A DNA stretch of 64,000 bases from assembly GCA_029262055.1 (NCBI GenBank), contig JAJDAD010000002.1:66791-130790 (forward strand). The letters run 5' to 3'. A program made the translations under genes and the position numbers. This stretch comes from Candidatus Zhuqueibacterota bacterium (GTDB taxonomy: Bacteria > Zhuqueibacterota > Zhuqueibacteria > Oceanimicrobiales > Oceanimicrobiaceae). Below the pieces are notes generated by a model. It saw only the letters and a program-made list of their open reading frames with translations, was not told the DNA's origin and did not search any database. Each line of letters opens with the position of its first letter. The first letter of the stretch is position 1. This document shows positions 32,840 to 41,562 of this stretch, in pieces.

Positions 32840-35017
32840 ATGGCAAAACAGAAAATAAAATCCGGCGGGGGCTGGCCCGCCATTCGCTATTCGTTGCAAA
32901 TGGCCGGCAAGGCAGGCGGCCTGGGAAAGTTGTACCGTTCCCTGCGCAACTCAAACACCTGCAAGACCTGTGCGTTCGGCATGGGCGGCATGCGCGGCGG
33001 CATGGTCAATGAGCTTGGCCAAAGCTGGCAGGTCTGCAAGAAATCCATGCAGGCACAGAGCCAGGATATGCAGCCCGGCATTCCGCCGGATTTTTTCGAG
33101 AAGAATTCTGTCGGTGATTTGAAGTCATTAGGCGGGCGCAAACTGGAGGCGCTGGGGAGGTTGGCACACCCTCTGTATTTACGGGCGGGGGCTACGCATT
33201 TCAAAGTGCTGTCGTGGAGCGAGGCTCTTGACAAGCTGGTCACCGCCTGGCAAGCGGCGACACCAGAGCGCAGTTTTTTTTACACCTCAGGGCGCTCCTC
33301 GATGGAGGCGGCCTTTCTGGTGCAACTGTTGGCCAGGGAGTGGGGCAGCAACAATATCAACAACTGCTCCTACTACTGTCATCAGGCGTCGGGCGTCGGT
33401 CTGGGGCAAAGCTTGGGCGGCGGCACCAGTACGGTCGAATTGCAGGATCTGCGCAAGGCGGATTTGGTGGTTCTCGTCGGTGCGAACCCCGCCAGCAACC
33501 ATCCCCGGCTGATGACCTTTCTGGTCGAGTTGCGGCGCCGGGGCGGGAAAGTCGTGGTCATCAATCCGTTCCGGGAACTCGGTCTGCAAAGATTTAACAT
33601 CCCCAGCGATCCGCGTTCGCTCCTGTTCGGCTCCGAAGTTTGCGACCTCTATCTGCAGCCGCACTGCGGTGGTGATTTGGCCCTGCTGAAAGCCGCGGCC
33701 TGCCTGCTTTGGCGCGACGGCCAGGCAGAGGTCGACTTCCTGAACAATTACACAAATCATCTGCCCGAGTTCCGGAAAGACCTGGAGTCTGAGGACGTTC
33801 ATGAACTGCTCCTGCGCTCCGGCGTGAGCCGTGAGCATTTGCAGAAGTTATGTGAGTTGTTGGCGCAATCACAGAACTCGATCTTTGCCTGGGCTATGGG
33901 GATTACCCATCACTTGCAGGGCGTTGAAAACGTGCGCGCCATTACCAACCTCGCGCTCTTGCGCGGCATGATCGGCAAACCGGGTGCAGGCCTGCTGCCG
34001 ATTCGCGGGCACAGCAATGTGCAGGGGGTCGGTACCGTGGGCGTGGTTCCCACACTGAAACCGGCCATGGCGGAAGCGTTGCTGCAGCATTTGGGCGTGC
34101 AAGTGCCGGAGCAGGCCGGCATGGATACGTTCAGTTGCATGCAGGCCGCATCTGCCGGAGCCATCGACTTCGCGCTTTTGATGGGCGGCAATCTGTATGG
34201 CGCCAACCCTGACCTGCGGTGGAGCGCACAAGCCCTGAACCGCATCGGGTTCAATGCGTATCTGAGCACAACTATGAACCCCGGTCATGTGTTCGGCACC
34301 GGCAAGGAAACGCTTATTCTGCCGGTGCGTGCGCGCGAAGAAGAGACCCAAAGCACCGCGCAGGAGAGCATGTTCAACTATGTTCGCCTTTCCAAAGGAG
34401 GAGAGCGTGCGCCGTCGGACGACCTGCTTTCCGAAAGCGAGATCCTGATCCACTGTGCCAAAGCGCTGATGGTGGGCAGCCCGCTACTGTGGGCGGAGAT
34501 GAGCAGCCACGAGACCATCCGGAAATTTATTTCAGCAACCGTACCGAATCTGGCGTCGATAAAGGACCTCGGCGCGGGCAAAGAATTTACTATTCCGCAG
34601 CGCATCAAACACACGCCGCATTTTGCAACGGACAACGGCAAAGCCAACCTCGCAATCATGACGGCGCCTGATGCCCGTCCGCCGGCGGGTTGGTTCAACC
34701 TGATGACGTTCCGGTCCGAGGGCCAGTTTAATACAATAATCTATGATGAAGAAGATATCTACCGCGGCGCAAGCCATCGGCTGGTTGTGTTCATGAACGA
34801 GGACGATATGCGCAGAGAATCGCTACTCGCAGGCCAAACAGTCTGGGTGGAAAGCGAAATCGGCAAAATGAGCGTAGAGTTGCTGCCCGCCCCGATTCGG
34901 TCCGGTAACCTCGCCATGTACTATCCGGAAGCAAATGAAATCGTGCCCGGCAAGATCGACCCGCAGTCACGCACGCCCGTGTTCAAGAAAGTCCTGGTAA
35001 AGGTGACGGCCGCATGA
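32840..35017 (+). CDS. FdhF/YdeP family molybdopterin oxidoreductase
   Basis: 'GGGWPAI', 'CKTCAFG', 'FYTSGRSSMEAAF', 'NNCSYYCHQASG', 'GANPASNHPR', 'PIRGHSNVQG', 'RSEGQFNTIIY'. Confidence 0.9.
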   Translation: MAKQKIKSGGGWPAIRYSLQMAGKAGGLGKLYRSLRNSNTCKTCAFGMGGMRGGMVNELGQSWQVCKKSMQAQSQDMQPGIPPDFFEKNSVGDLKSLGGRKLEALGRLAHPLYLRAGATHFKVLSWSEALDKLVTAWQAATPERSFFYTSGRSSMEAAFLVQLLAREWGSNNINNCSYYCHQASGVGLGQSLGGGTSTVELQDLRKADLVVLVGANPASNHPRLMTFLVELRRRGGKVVVINPFRELGLQRFNIPSDPRSLLFGSEVCDLYLQPHCGGDLALLKAAACLLWRDGQAEVDFLNNYTNHLPEFRKDLESEDVHELLLRSGVSREHLQKLCELLAQSQNSIFAWAMGITHHLQGVENVRAITNLALLRGMIGKPGAGLLPIRGHSNVQGVGTVGVVPTLKPAMAEALLQHLGVQVPEQAGMDTFSCMQAASAGAIDFALLMGGNLYGANPDLRWSAQALNRIGFNAYLSTTMNPGHVFGTGKETLILPVRAREEETQSTAQESMFNYVRLSKGGERAPSDDLLSESEILIHCAKALMVGSPLLWAEMSSHETIRKFISATVPNLASIKDLGAGKEFTIPQRIKHTPHFATDNGKANLAIMTAPDARPPAGWFNLMTFRSEGQFNTIIYDEEDIYRGASHRLVVFMNEDDMRRESLLAGQTVWVESEIGKMSVELLPAPIRSGNLAMYYPEANEIVPGKIDPQSRTPVFKKVLVKVTAA

Positions 35018-35187
35018 GTCCCGCTGCAATTTTTCTCTGACAAAAGCCTCGTCATTTTGCAGACACTGATTGCTTCTTATCCCCCCAAAGCTTACATTTG
35101 ATATTCTTTCGCGCAAGCAGAGTGTGGAATGCGCGAGTCGTTAATGCTTCGCCCGTGACGGCCTTTCCTGACACAGCAACCCGTCAG

Positions 35188-35224
35188 TTCGTGCTCAGAA
35201 AGACGTTGATTGGGAAGTGAGAAT
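35188..35224. repeat. Degenerate right end of repeat family R1
   Basis: 'ttcgtgctcagaaagacgttgattgggaagtgagaat' resembles 'ttcgcgctcagaatgaccttgaatcgaagtgagaaat' (about 27685-27721). Confidence 0.5.
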
Positions 35225-35315
35225 ACCGGGCGAGAATGTTAAGAATTGAGCTTGCCACCGAAAGCCTGATGTTCGCGTGCGCTTCTTTTGTGACTTCTAA
35301 CCAGGAAGAATACAG

Positions 35316-36557
35316 ATGAATCAAGATACCCCCATCAAATATTCTGAAGACCTCAGAGAACTAATTGCCAGAATGCCAAAAACCGACCTGCACGTCCATT
35401 TGGATGGCAGCGTTCGCCTGCCGACTCTGATCGAAATTGCGCAGAAGGAGAATATCGATCTGCCCAGCTATACGGTCGAGGGCCTGAACGAACTCGTCTT
35501 CAAAGATGACTACGAAAACCTCGAGGAGTATCTGAAGACTTTTGGTTATTCTTGTGCCGTCATGCAAAAGCCGGAATATTTGGAGCGCATCGCTTACGAA
35601 ATGGCGCAGGACAATCAAAGCGAAGGTGTGCGCTACATGGAAGTCCGCTTTGCGCCGCAACTACACATCAACCAGATTATGGACATGAAGACCGTCATCA
35701 AGCATGTCGATGATGGCCTGGCGCGTGCCCAGCAGGAGTTCAACAACCGCGCGGAAGTCGTGTCCGGCAAGGAGCCGCCCTTCAATTACGGCATCATCAC
35801 ATCGGCCCTGCGCTCGTTTGGCCCGTACTCGGACTACTACGCCAAGTTCATGGACGTGCACGCTTACTCTGATACCAAGACCCTGTTCGCCCTCGGCTCC
35901 CTTGAGTTGGCGCAGGGAGCGGTCAGGGTTCGCGATGAGTTGGGTTTACCCATCGTCGCTTTTGACCTGGCAGGGGCGGAGAAAGGCAACCCGGCCAAGG
36001 ATCACTGGCAGGCGTTTCAGTTTGCGCATGAGAATTTTATGGCTAAGACCGTACACGCCGGCGAGGCCTACGGGCCACCTTCGATTTTTCAGGCCATCAC
36101 CGAGCTGCACGCGGACCGCATCGGACACGGTTACTACCTGTTCGATACCACCAAAGTTGATGACAAGAAAATCGCCGACAAGAAAAAATATGTAGAAGAC
36201 CTGGCCATGTACATCGCTGAGCATCGCGTGACCATCGAAGTCAACCTGACCAGCAATTTACAAACCAATCCCGCTCTCACCAGCCTCAAAGATCATTCCT
36301 TTAAAGAGATGGTCAAACATGATTTGAGCACCTCCATTTGTACCGACAATCGCACCGTCAGCAAGACCAGCGTCACCAACGAGATTATGCTCGCGCTGGC
36401 TAATTTCGAGCTGACGCCGAGGCGGTTGAAAAATATCATCGTTTACGGCTTCAAGCGATCTTTTTTCCCGGATAGCTACTCGCGCAAACGGGAGTACGTG
36501 CGGCGCTGTATCGATTTTTACGAAGAAACGGTGAAGGGGACTGCGCTCGAGGCGTAA
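35316..36557 (+). CDS. add: Adenosine deaminase family protein
   Basis: 'MPKTDLHVHLDGS', 'YMEVRFAP', 'FDLAGAE', 'TVHAGEAYG', 'RIGHG', 'ICTDN'. Confidence 0.9.
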   Translation: MNQDTPIKYSEDLRELIARMPKTDLHVHLDGSVRLPTLIEIAQKENIDLPSYTVEGLNELVFKDDYENLEEYLKTFGYSCAVMQKPEYLERIAYEMAQDNQSEGVRYMEVRFAPQLHINQIMDMKTVIKHVDDGLARAQQEFNNRAEVVSGKEPPFNYGIITSALRSFGPYSDYYAKFMDVHAYSDTKTLFALGSLELAQGAVRVRDELGLPIVAFDLAGAEKGNPAKDHWQAFQFAHENFMAKTVHAGEAYGPPSIFQAITELHADRIGHGYYLFDTTKVDDKKIADKKKYVEDLAMYIAEHRVTIEVNLTSNLQTNPALTSLKDHSFKEMVKHDLSTSICTDNRTVSKTSVTNEIMLALANFELTPRRLKNIIVYGFKRSFFPDSYSRKREYVRRCIDFYEETVKGTALEA

Positions 36558-36577
36558 ATGAAAGGAGGGGACGTCTG

Positions 36578-39500
36578 ATGGGCAAGCTCTGCATAGGACT
36601 CTTTATCTTTGCGATTGTGTCAGTTCCTCTTTCCACGCTGCTTGCGAGGGAGGGAGGTCAGCAAGCCGACTCCTCTAAGCAACATCGTGCAAGCACAAGC
36701 GTGTCTGCGGATACTTCCTCGAAATCGCCCAAACCACTACCGGCAACTCTCCCTGAAAAATCAAAACAGAACTCAAGCGATGAAACGGACATGAATCAAA
36801 TGATGCCCTGGTTGATTGCCTTGGGTGCATTGGTGTTAGCAGTGTACCAGTACTATCGAAGAAGAACTGATACCAGAGACATGCTCCGTGATGAAATGAG
36901 GGTCAAAGACGAGTTCGAGACAAGTCAGGCGAAAGAGCGAGAGCTGACTGCGGAAGAGAGCTACCGTGCAGCCTTACACAAGGAACTCGGCAGCATAAAA
37001 ATTCTCGGTTCCCCGGACATTGACAGCCTGCCGGTAAGTCTGTTAGACTCGTTTGTCTCGCTTCGCATTTCCGAGACCTGGCGCAATGAATCGCGCTTCG
37101 ATCCCAGGAAGATGGAACGGCAACATGAGGATCGGGACCTTTCTCCGGAGGAGATCCTGCAGCGTGCTTTTCGGCAAGACCGGATGCTGGTGCTCATAGG
37201 CGAACCCGGCTCGGGCAAGACCACCCTCATGAAATTTTATGCCATGACCTGCCTGGAAGGTGGCGGCGGAAGCGCCCTCGGATTCAAGCAAGCTGTGCTG
37301 CCGCTGTACTTACCGTTGCGCGACCTCAAGTTTAAAGAAAAAGAGGATGGGATAGAATCTCTGCCGAATAACCTGGCGGCCAGGGCGGAAAAGCACGTTC
37401 TCGACATCGAGGCAAAGGAATTTTATGACTGGCTGCACAACCGGGAAACACTGGTTCTGCTGGATGGGTTGGACGAAATCAGCGATCTGAAAAAACGCAA
37501 GCAGGTCTGCAAGTGGATAGACAACACTTGCACCGGCCTTACGAAGGCCCGCTTTGTCGTGACCTCACGCTGGACCGGCTATCGCAAGGCAGAGGGCATT
37601 GAGCTGGAAACCGACCACCTGCGGGCGGACGTGCGTGACTTTTCTCGGGACCAGCAAGAGGAGTTTTTACGAAAATGGTTCCGGGCGGTATATCTGCGCG
37701 AGTATAAAGAGAGCGGAAAACCACCAGTCGATTGGCAGGAACGCCAACGTAAAAAGGCCGATCTGCGTGTCGACAAAATTCTTGGCTTCCTGAAAAGGGC
37801 CAGCAACCACAGCCTGCGCGAGCTTGGCGCCACACCAATGCTACTGCAGATCATGGCTATCCTTTGGAAAGAGCGCGACATTTTACCGGAAAGCCGTGCC
37901 TCTCTGTATGCCGCCGCACTAAACTACCTCCTGGTTTTTCGGGACAGGCGCCGAGATCTGGACCCGGTTCTGCCGGTAGACAAAGCTCGGCGCGTACTGT
38001 TGCCGACGGCCCTCTGGATGCAGGCGGAGGTTGGCAAAGATGAGGTGCCGAAAAATGATATGTACGACCAAATGCAACCGAAACTGAACAGCATGGAAGA
38101 GCAGGCTGACGCCGCCGTCTTCTGCCAAAACCTGGTTGACCGGGCTGGGCTGCTGGCAGAGTACGGCGAGGCCGATTATATCTTCCGGCACAAGTCATTT
38201 CGCGAGTATTTAGCCGGCGTGCAGCTCACCAAGGAGGAAAACAAGATAGAGTGGCTGCAGAAATTGATTGACCACTTTGGTGACGACTGGTGGGAAGAAC
38301 CTTTGCGGTTTTTTATAAATGAAGGCGACGACAAGCTGTTTGACGCTTTTATGGACTTATTTTTTACTTCCGAAATGAGTAAAGAGCTTGACCAAAAGCA
38401 GCAGGATTTGTTGCAGACCCTGGTGCGGGAGGCACCACAACGGGAACTAACCGCCCTTGCTCAGTGGCTGAATAAAAACGAAACCAATACCCAGCAGAGA
38501 AGATATATTCTGGAATGCCTTAAGACAATCGGAACTGCTGCAGCACTGGAGGAAGTCGAGAAGTACCTGGACAAGATGTTTACGAGACATGAAAAGCGTC
38601 TAAATAGACCGAGTGTGCAAGAGACTCATCAAGAGGCAAGCAGGCTGGATCCTAACTTCAAGTATGCCACTGAGATTCTTGCTGAATCAGCCAGGCGCAC
38701 GCCGGCGGTTGCCGCCAAAGGCCGGGCTCAAGTCGAGTCATCAGCAACTCTTGCTGATGACCTGTTTAGGAAATTGCCAGCTTCTTTCGTAAATGACCAC
38801 GAACAAAGCGCAGAGTATATCCTCATTCCGCCCGGCGAGTTCAAATTCTCCGTTTCAAAAAACATAGAGCCTGTACCTAATATTTACTTCGCTAAGTATC
38901 CTGTGACCAACAAGCGTTACCGCCGCTTTATCGCATACCTGAGCAACCAGCTTGACGAGCAAAGTGGCCGCCTGCCGACAGACCTGTTTTCTCAAAAGCT
39001 ATCTGAGTTTGCTGCGGGCATCAAGGACTTCACGGATTATCTGGGAACTGACCGAAATGGGTGGGCGAATAAACTACGGTCTGGGTACGATGACAACAAA
39101 CGTTTCAATCACGACGATCAACCCGTTGTCGCTGTAACCTGGTTCGCGGCGCGCGCCTACTGTTTCTGGCTGTCATGCCTGCAAGAGACTGAACTTGACC
39201 ATAAGCTGGAAGATGCAAACAAGCTGGCGAATAACTGTCGTTTGCCAACCGAGTTGGAGTGGGAGTGGGCGGCGGCCGGCCGCGAACGGGATGGCTCTTT
39301 GCGCGACTACCCGTGGCCCAAAGAAGAAGGTTCGCCAACGGACAAGCTGGCGAATTATGGTGGCACTGTTGGCGCCACTACGCCTGTAGGCCGCTACCTC
39401 GAGGGTGCAACTCCGGAAGGGTTGCTGGACATGGCAGGCAACGTTCTTGAGTGGTCGGAAAGCTGGCGCGATGAAGGCAGGAGCCGCCGGGCGCTTCGTG

Positions 39501-39613
39501 GGGGTTCGTGGGGCATTGCTACAGACTTCCTGCGGTGCTCGGCGCGCAACAGCCTCTATCCCGGCGACAGGGACGGCAATGTTGGGTTTCGAGTTGTTCG
39601 GCCCCAGTCCTAA
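36578..39613 (+). CDS. DGR target: signal peptide/TM + NACHT NTPase + C-terminal FGE-sulfatase (CLec-fold) domain
   Basis: N-terminal hydrophobic leader and TM 'MMPWLIALGALVLAVYQYYRRR'. NACHT 'LVLIGEPGSGKTT', 'LVLLDGLDEI', 'FVVTSR', 'TPMLL', 'FRHKSFREY'. FGE motifs 'KYPVTN', 'QPVVAVTW', 'RLPTELEWE', 'DMAGNVLEW', 'RGGSW', 'GFRVV'. Confidence 0.92.
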   Translation: MGKLCIGLFIFAIVSVPLSTLLAREGGQQADSSKQHRASTSVSADTSSKSPKPLPATLPEKSKQNSSDETDMNQMMPWLIALGALVLAVYQYYRRRTDTRDMLRDEMRVKDEFETSQAKERELTAEESYRAALHKELGSIKILGSPDIDSLPVSLLDSFVSLRISETWRNESRFDPRKMERQHEDRDLSPEEILQRAFRQDRMLVLIGEPGSGKTTLMKFYAMTCLEGGGGSALGFKQAVLPLYLPLRDLKFKEKEDGIESLPNNLAARAEKHVLDIEAKEFYDWLHNRETLVLLDGLDEISDLKKRKQVCKWIDNTCTGLTKARFVVTSRWTGYRKAEGIELETDHLRADVRDFSRDQQEEFLRKWFRAVYLREYKESGKPPVDWQERQRKKADLRVDKILGFLKRASNHSLRELGATPMLLQIMAILWKERDILPESRASLYAAALNYLLVFRDRRRDLDPVLPVDKARRVLLPTALWMQAEVGKDEVPKNDMYDQMQPKLNSMEEQADAAVFCQNLVDRAGLLAEYGEADYIFRHKSFREYLAGVQLTKEENKIEWLQKLIDHFGDDWWEEPLRFFINEGDDKLFDAFMDLFFTSEMSKELDQKQQDLLQTLVREAPQRELTALAQWLNKNETNTQQRRYILECLKTIGTAAALEEVEKYLDKMFTRHEKRLNRPSVQETHQEASRLDPNFKYATEILAESARRTPAVAAKGRAQVESSATLADDLFRKLPASFVNDHEQSAEYILIPPGEFKFSVSKNIEPVPNIYFAKYPVTNKRYRRFIAYLSNQLDEQSGRLPTDLFSQKLSEFAAGIKDFTDYLGTDRNGWANKLRSGYDDNKRFNHDDQPVVAVTWFAARAYCFWLSCLQETELDHKLEDANKLANNCRLPTELEWEWAAAGRERDGSLRDYPWPKEEGSPTDKLANYGGTVGATTPVGRYLEGATPEGLLDMAGNVLEWSESWRDEGRSRRALRGGSWGIATDFLRCSARNSLYPGDRDGNVGFRVVRPQS
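39487..39611 (+). repeat. DGR variable repeat (VR)
   Basis: Last codons of the target gene; 108/125 identical to TR 40077..40201, and every mismatch faces a TR adenine. Confidence 0.95.
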
Positions 39614-39687
39614 GTTGTTGTAACTCTGTTTTCTGTCTGTCTGTTGTTCTGATCAAATGGTTTTAAAAAAAATGAGGAGGAAGCAAC

Positions 39688-40047
39688 ATGCCTAAAACCG
39701 AGATGCTCGTTATCAAAAAAGGGTATGATTTCTCGAAATGGCTATTAAATCATACCGGCAAATTTCCAAAGAGCTATCGTTTCAGTGTAGCAGCCAAGCT
39801 CGAAAACGGTATTCTTGATTTCATAGAGGCGACGACTGTAGCCAATATGAGAAGGGATAAGATATCATTCTTAACAAAGGCAGACGAGGCGCTTGCCCGG
39901 CTACGATTGTTGTTCCGGCTTAGTTACGAAATGCGGTTTATCAACCTCAAGTCATACGAATACGGAAGCCGGCAAATGGCGGAACTAGGACGGTTACTCG
40001 GCGGCTGGTTGAAGAATCCCGGTGCCGGTTTCGCAAGAACTAATTGA
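39688..40047 (+). CDS. avd: DGR accessory variability determinant (Avd, four-helix-bundle family)
   Basis: 119 aa, basic; 'KFPKSYRFS', 'LRLLFRLSYE', 'ELGRLLGGWLK'. Strong RBS 'gaggagg'; located between VR and TR. Confidence 0.9.
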   Translation: MPKTEMLVIKKGYDFSKWLLNHTGKFPKSYRFSVAAKLENGILDFIEATTVANMRRDKISFLTKADEALARLRLLFRLSYEMRFINLKSYEYGSRQMAELGRLLGGWLKNPGAGFARTN

Positions 40048-40076
40048 TGAGAATAATAGGACAGGAGTCACGGTGA

Positions 40077-40201
40077 CCGGGCGCTTCGTGGGGGTTCGTG
40101 GAACAATACTACAGACAACCTGCGGTGCTCGGCGCGCAACAACAACAATCCCGACAACAGGAACAACAATGTTGGGTTTCGAGTTGTTCGGCCCCAATCA
40201 T
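40077..40201 (+). ncRNA. DGR template repeat (TR), part of the DGR RNA
   Basis: Intergenic copy of VR rich in AAC/AAT triplets (gaacaatact...aacaacaacaatcccgacaacaggaacaacaat); 32 adenines. Confidence 0.95.
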
Positions 40202-40338
40202 GCCCAACCCATGCATCCTTTATGGTGCCCTACCTGATGCCGGATGGTTTCACGGAACCCCGGACTGCTGTACGGGCATGACATGCGGCTCTTGCATCCT
40301 GGGTTTGCTCGCTGCTGAGCCAGCCCGAACATAAACCA

Positions 40339-40382
40339 GGGTGGGTTTCTTTAGTAGGAAGTTTCGGACAAGAAACCCACCC
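40339..40382 (+). other. Stem-loop in the TR-RT spacer
   Basis: Perfect 13-bp inverted repeat gggtgggtttctt (40339-40351) / aagaaacccaccc (40370-40382) with an 18-nt loop. Confidence 0.7.
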
Positions 40383-40395
40383 ATAATTTCGTCAG

Positions 40396-41433
40396 ATGAA
40401 GACCCATAAGCATTTATTCGACAAGATAGTAGCATTTGAGAACTTGCTTGCGGCGGCAAATAAGGCAGCGCTTGGAAAGCGGGAAAAACCATACGTTATC
40501 GAGTTCTTTGCGAAACTGGAAGAGAACCTGTTCCGGCTTCAATCAGAACTTGAACACAAAACTTACTATCCAGGCAGGTACTCAACCTTTCAAATTTACG
40601 AACCTAAACCCAGAATGATCAGCGCTGCCCCATTCCGCGATCGGATTGTGCATCACGCACTAATAAATATTATTGGCACTGGCTTGGAACGCAGTTTCAT
40701 TTTTGATACTTATTCGAATCGACTAGGAAAGGGTACGCACAAAGCTATTCGGCGTTACCAGACTTTCTTGCGGCGAAATAGTTACGTTTTGAAATGTGAT
40801 ATTAAGAAGTACTTCCCATCAATTGATCATGCTATTTTGAAATGTTTACTGAAGAAACGTATTTCTTGTGAGGCCACTCTTTGGCTAATCAACAAGATCA
40901 TCGACTTCAGTAATCCGCAAGATCCCGTTGATGATTACTTCCCGGGCGACACGCTCTTTACGCCTCAAGACCGTAGAAAAGGGCTACCGATCGGAAATTT
41001 GACGAGCCAGTTTTTCGCAAACCTCTACTTGAATCAGCTAGACCATTTTGTCAAGGAGGAGTTGAGGTGCAGAGCGTATGTCAGGTACGTAGACGATTTT
41101 GTTCTCTTTGGTGACTCGAAGCAATGCCTACGGGAATGGCGAGATTCCATAGCTATATTCTTATCTGAGTATCGTTTGAAATTGCACCCAACAAGATGCC
41201 AGATCTACCCTGCTCCGGTTGGTGGAAGATTTCTCGGACAAGTAATTTGGCGAACACATCGTCTCCTACCAGGACAAAATGTCCACCGATTCAAAAGCCG
41301 AGTGCAATCCTGGAGGACCAATCCACCCGAAAATATTGACCAACGCCTTGCTAGTTGGGTAGGTCATGCCTCGCAGGCAAATACTTTTTGCTTATTGAAA
41401 GCACAGGGATTAAGTTTAAAATCAATTGAATAA
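40396..41433 (+). CDS. DGR-type reverse transcriptase
   Basis: 'PKPRMISAAPFRDRIVHHAL', 'KGTHKA', 'LKCDIKKYFPSIDH', DGR-typical 'GLPIGNLTSQFFAN', catalytic 'YVRYVDDF'; 345 aa with no maturase/endonuclease extension. Confidence 0.95.
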   Translation: MKTHKHLFDKIVAFENLLAAANKAALGKREKPYVIEFFAKLEENLFRLQSELEHKTYYPGRYSTFQIYEPKPRMISAAPFRDRIVHHALINIIGTGLERSFIFDTYSNRLGKGTHKAIRRYQTFLRRNSYVLKCDIKKYFPSIDHAILKCLLKKRISCEATLWLINKIIDFSNPQDPVDDYFPGDTLFTPQDRRKGLPIGNLTSQFFANLYLNQLDHFVKEELRCRAYVRYVDDFVLFGDSKQCLREWRDSIAIFLSEYRLKLHPTRCQIYPAPVGGRFLGQVIWRTHRLLPGQNVHRFKSRVQSWRTNPPENIDQRLASWVGHASQANTFCLLKAQGLSLKSIE

Positions 41434-41562
41434 AAGTCCGTGCCGCAACTTTTTTCAATGAGCTACGTTTCAAAAGTCATTATCTCCGTTTTAATAACTT
41501 TAGAAAAGATAAAATCTTAGGCGTTCAGTTCTAACTCCTGAAAAAACACGAGGAGCGGTACC

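Larger units (their letters stand above)
36578..41433 (+). mobile_element. Diversity-generating retroelement (target-VR / avd / TR / RT)
   Basis: Co-oriented target gene ending in VR, Avd-like ORF, TR with adenine-only differences, and a DGR-type RT. Confidence 0.95.

Noticed and set aside
35316..36557. Adenosine deaminase as the source of adenine mutagenesis
   Set aside because: It is an ordinary amidohydrolase-fold nucleoside deaminase. A>T and A>C changes cannot come from deamination, and DGR mutagenesis is RT-intrinsic.
40022..40334. Small ORFs over the TR (poly-Q / poly-T peptides)
   Set aside because: These are by-products of the AAC repeats in the non-coding TR.
40396..41433. RT as a retron, group II intron maturase or CRISPR-associated RT
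   Set aside because: It has the DGR-type SQ motif, an adjacent Avd and a TR/VR pair; there is no maturase domain, msr/msd or cas gene.
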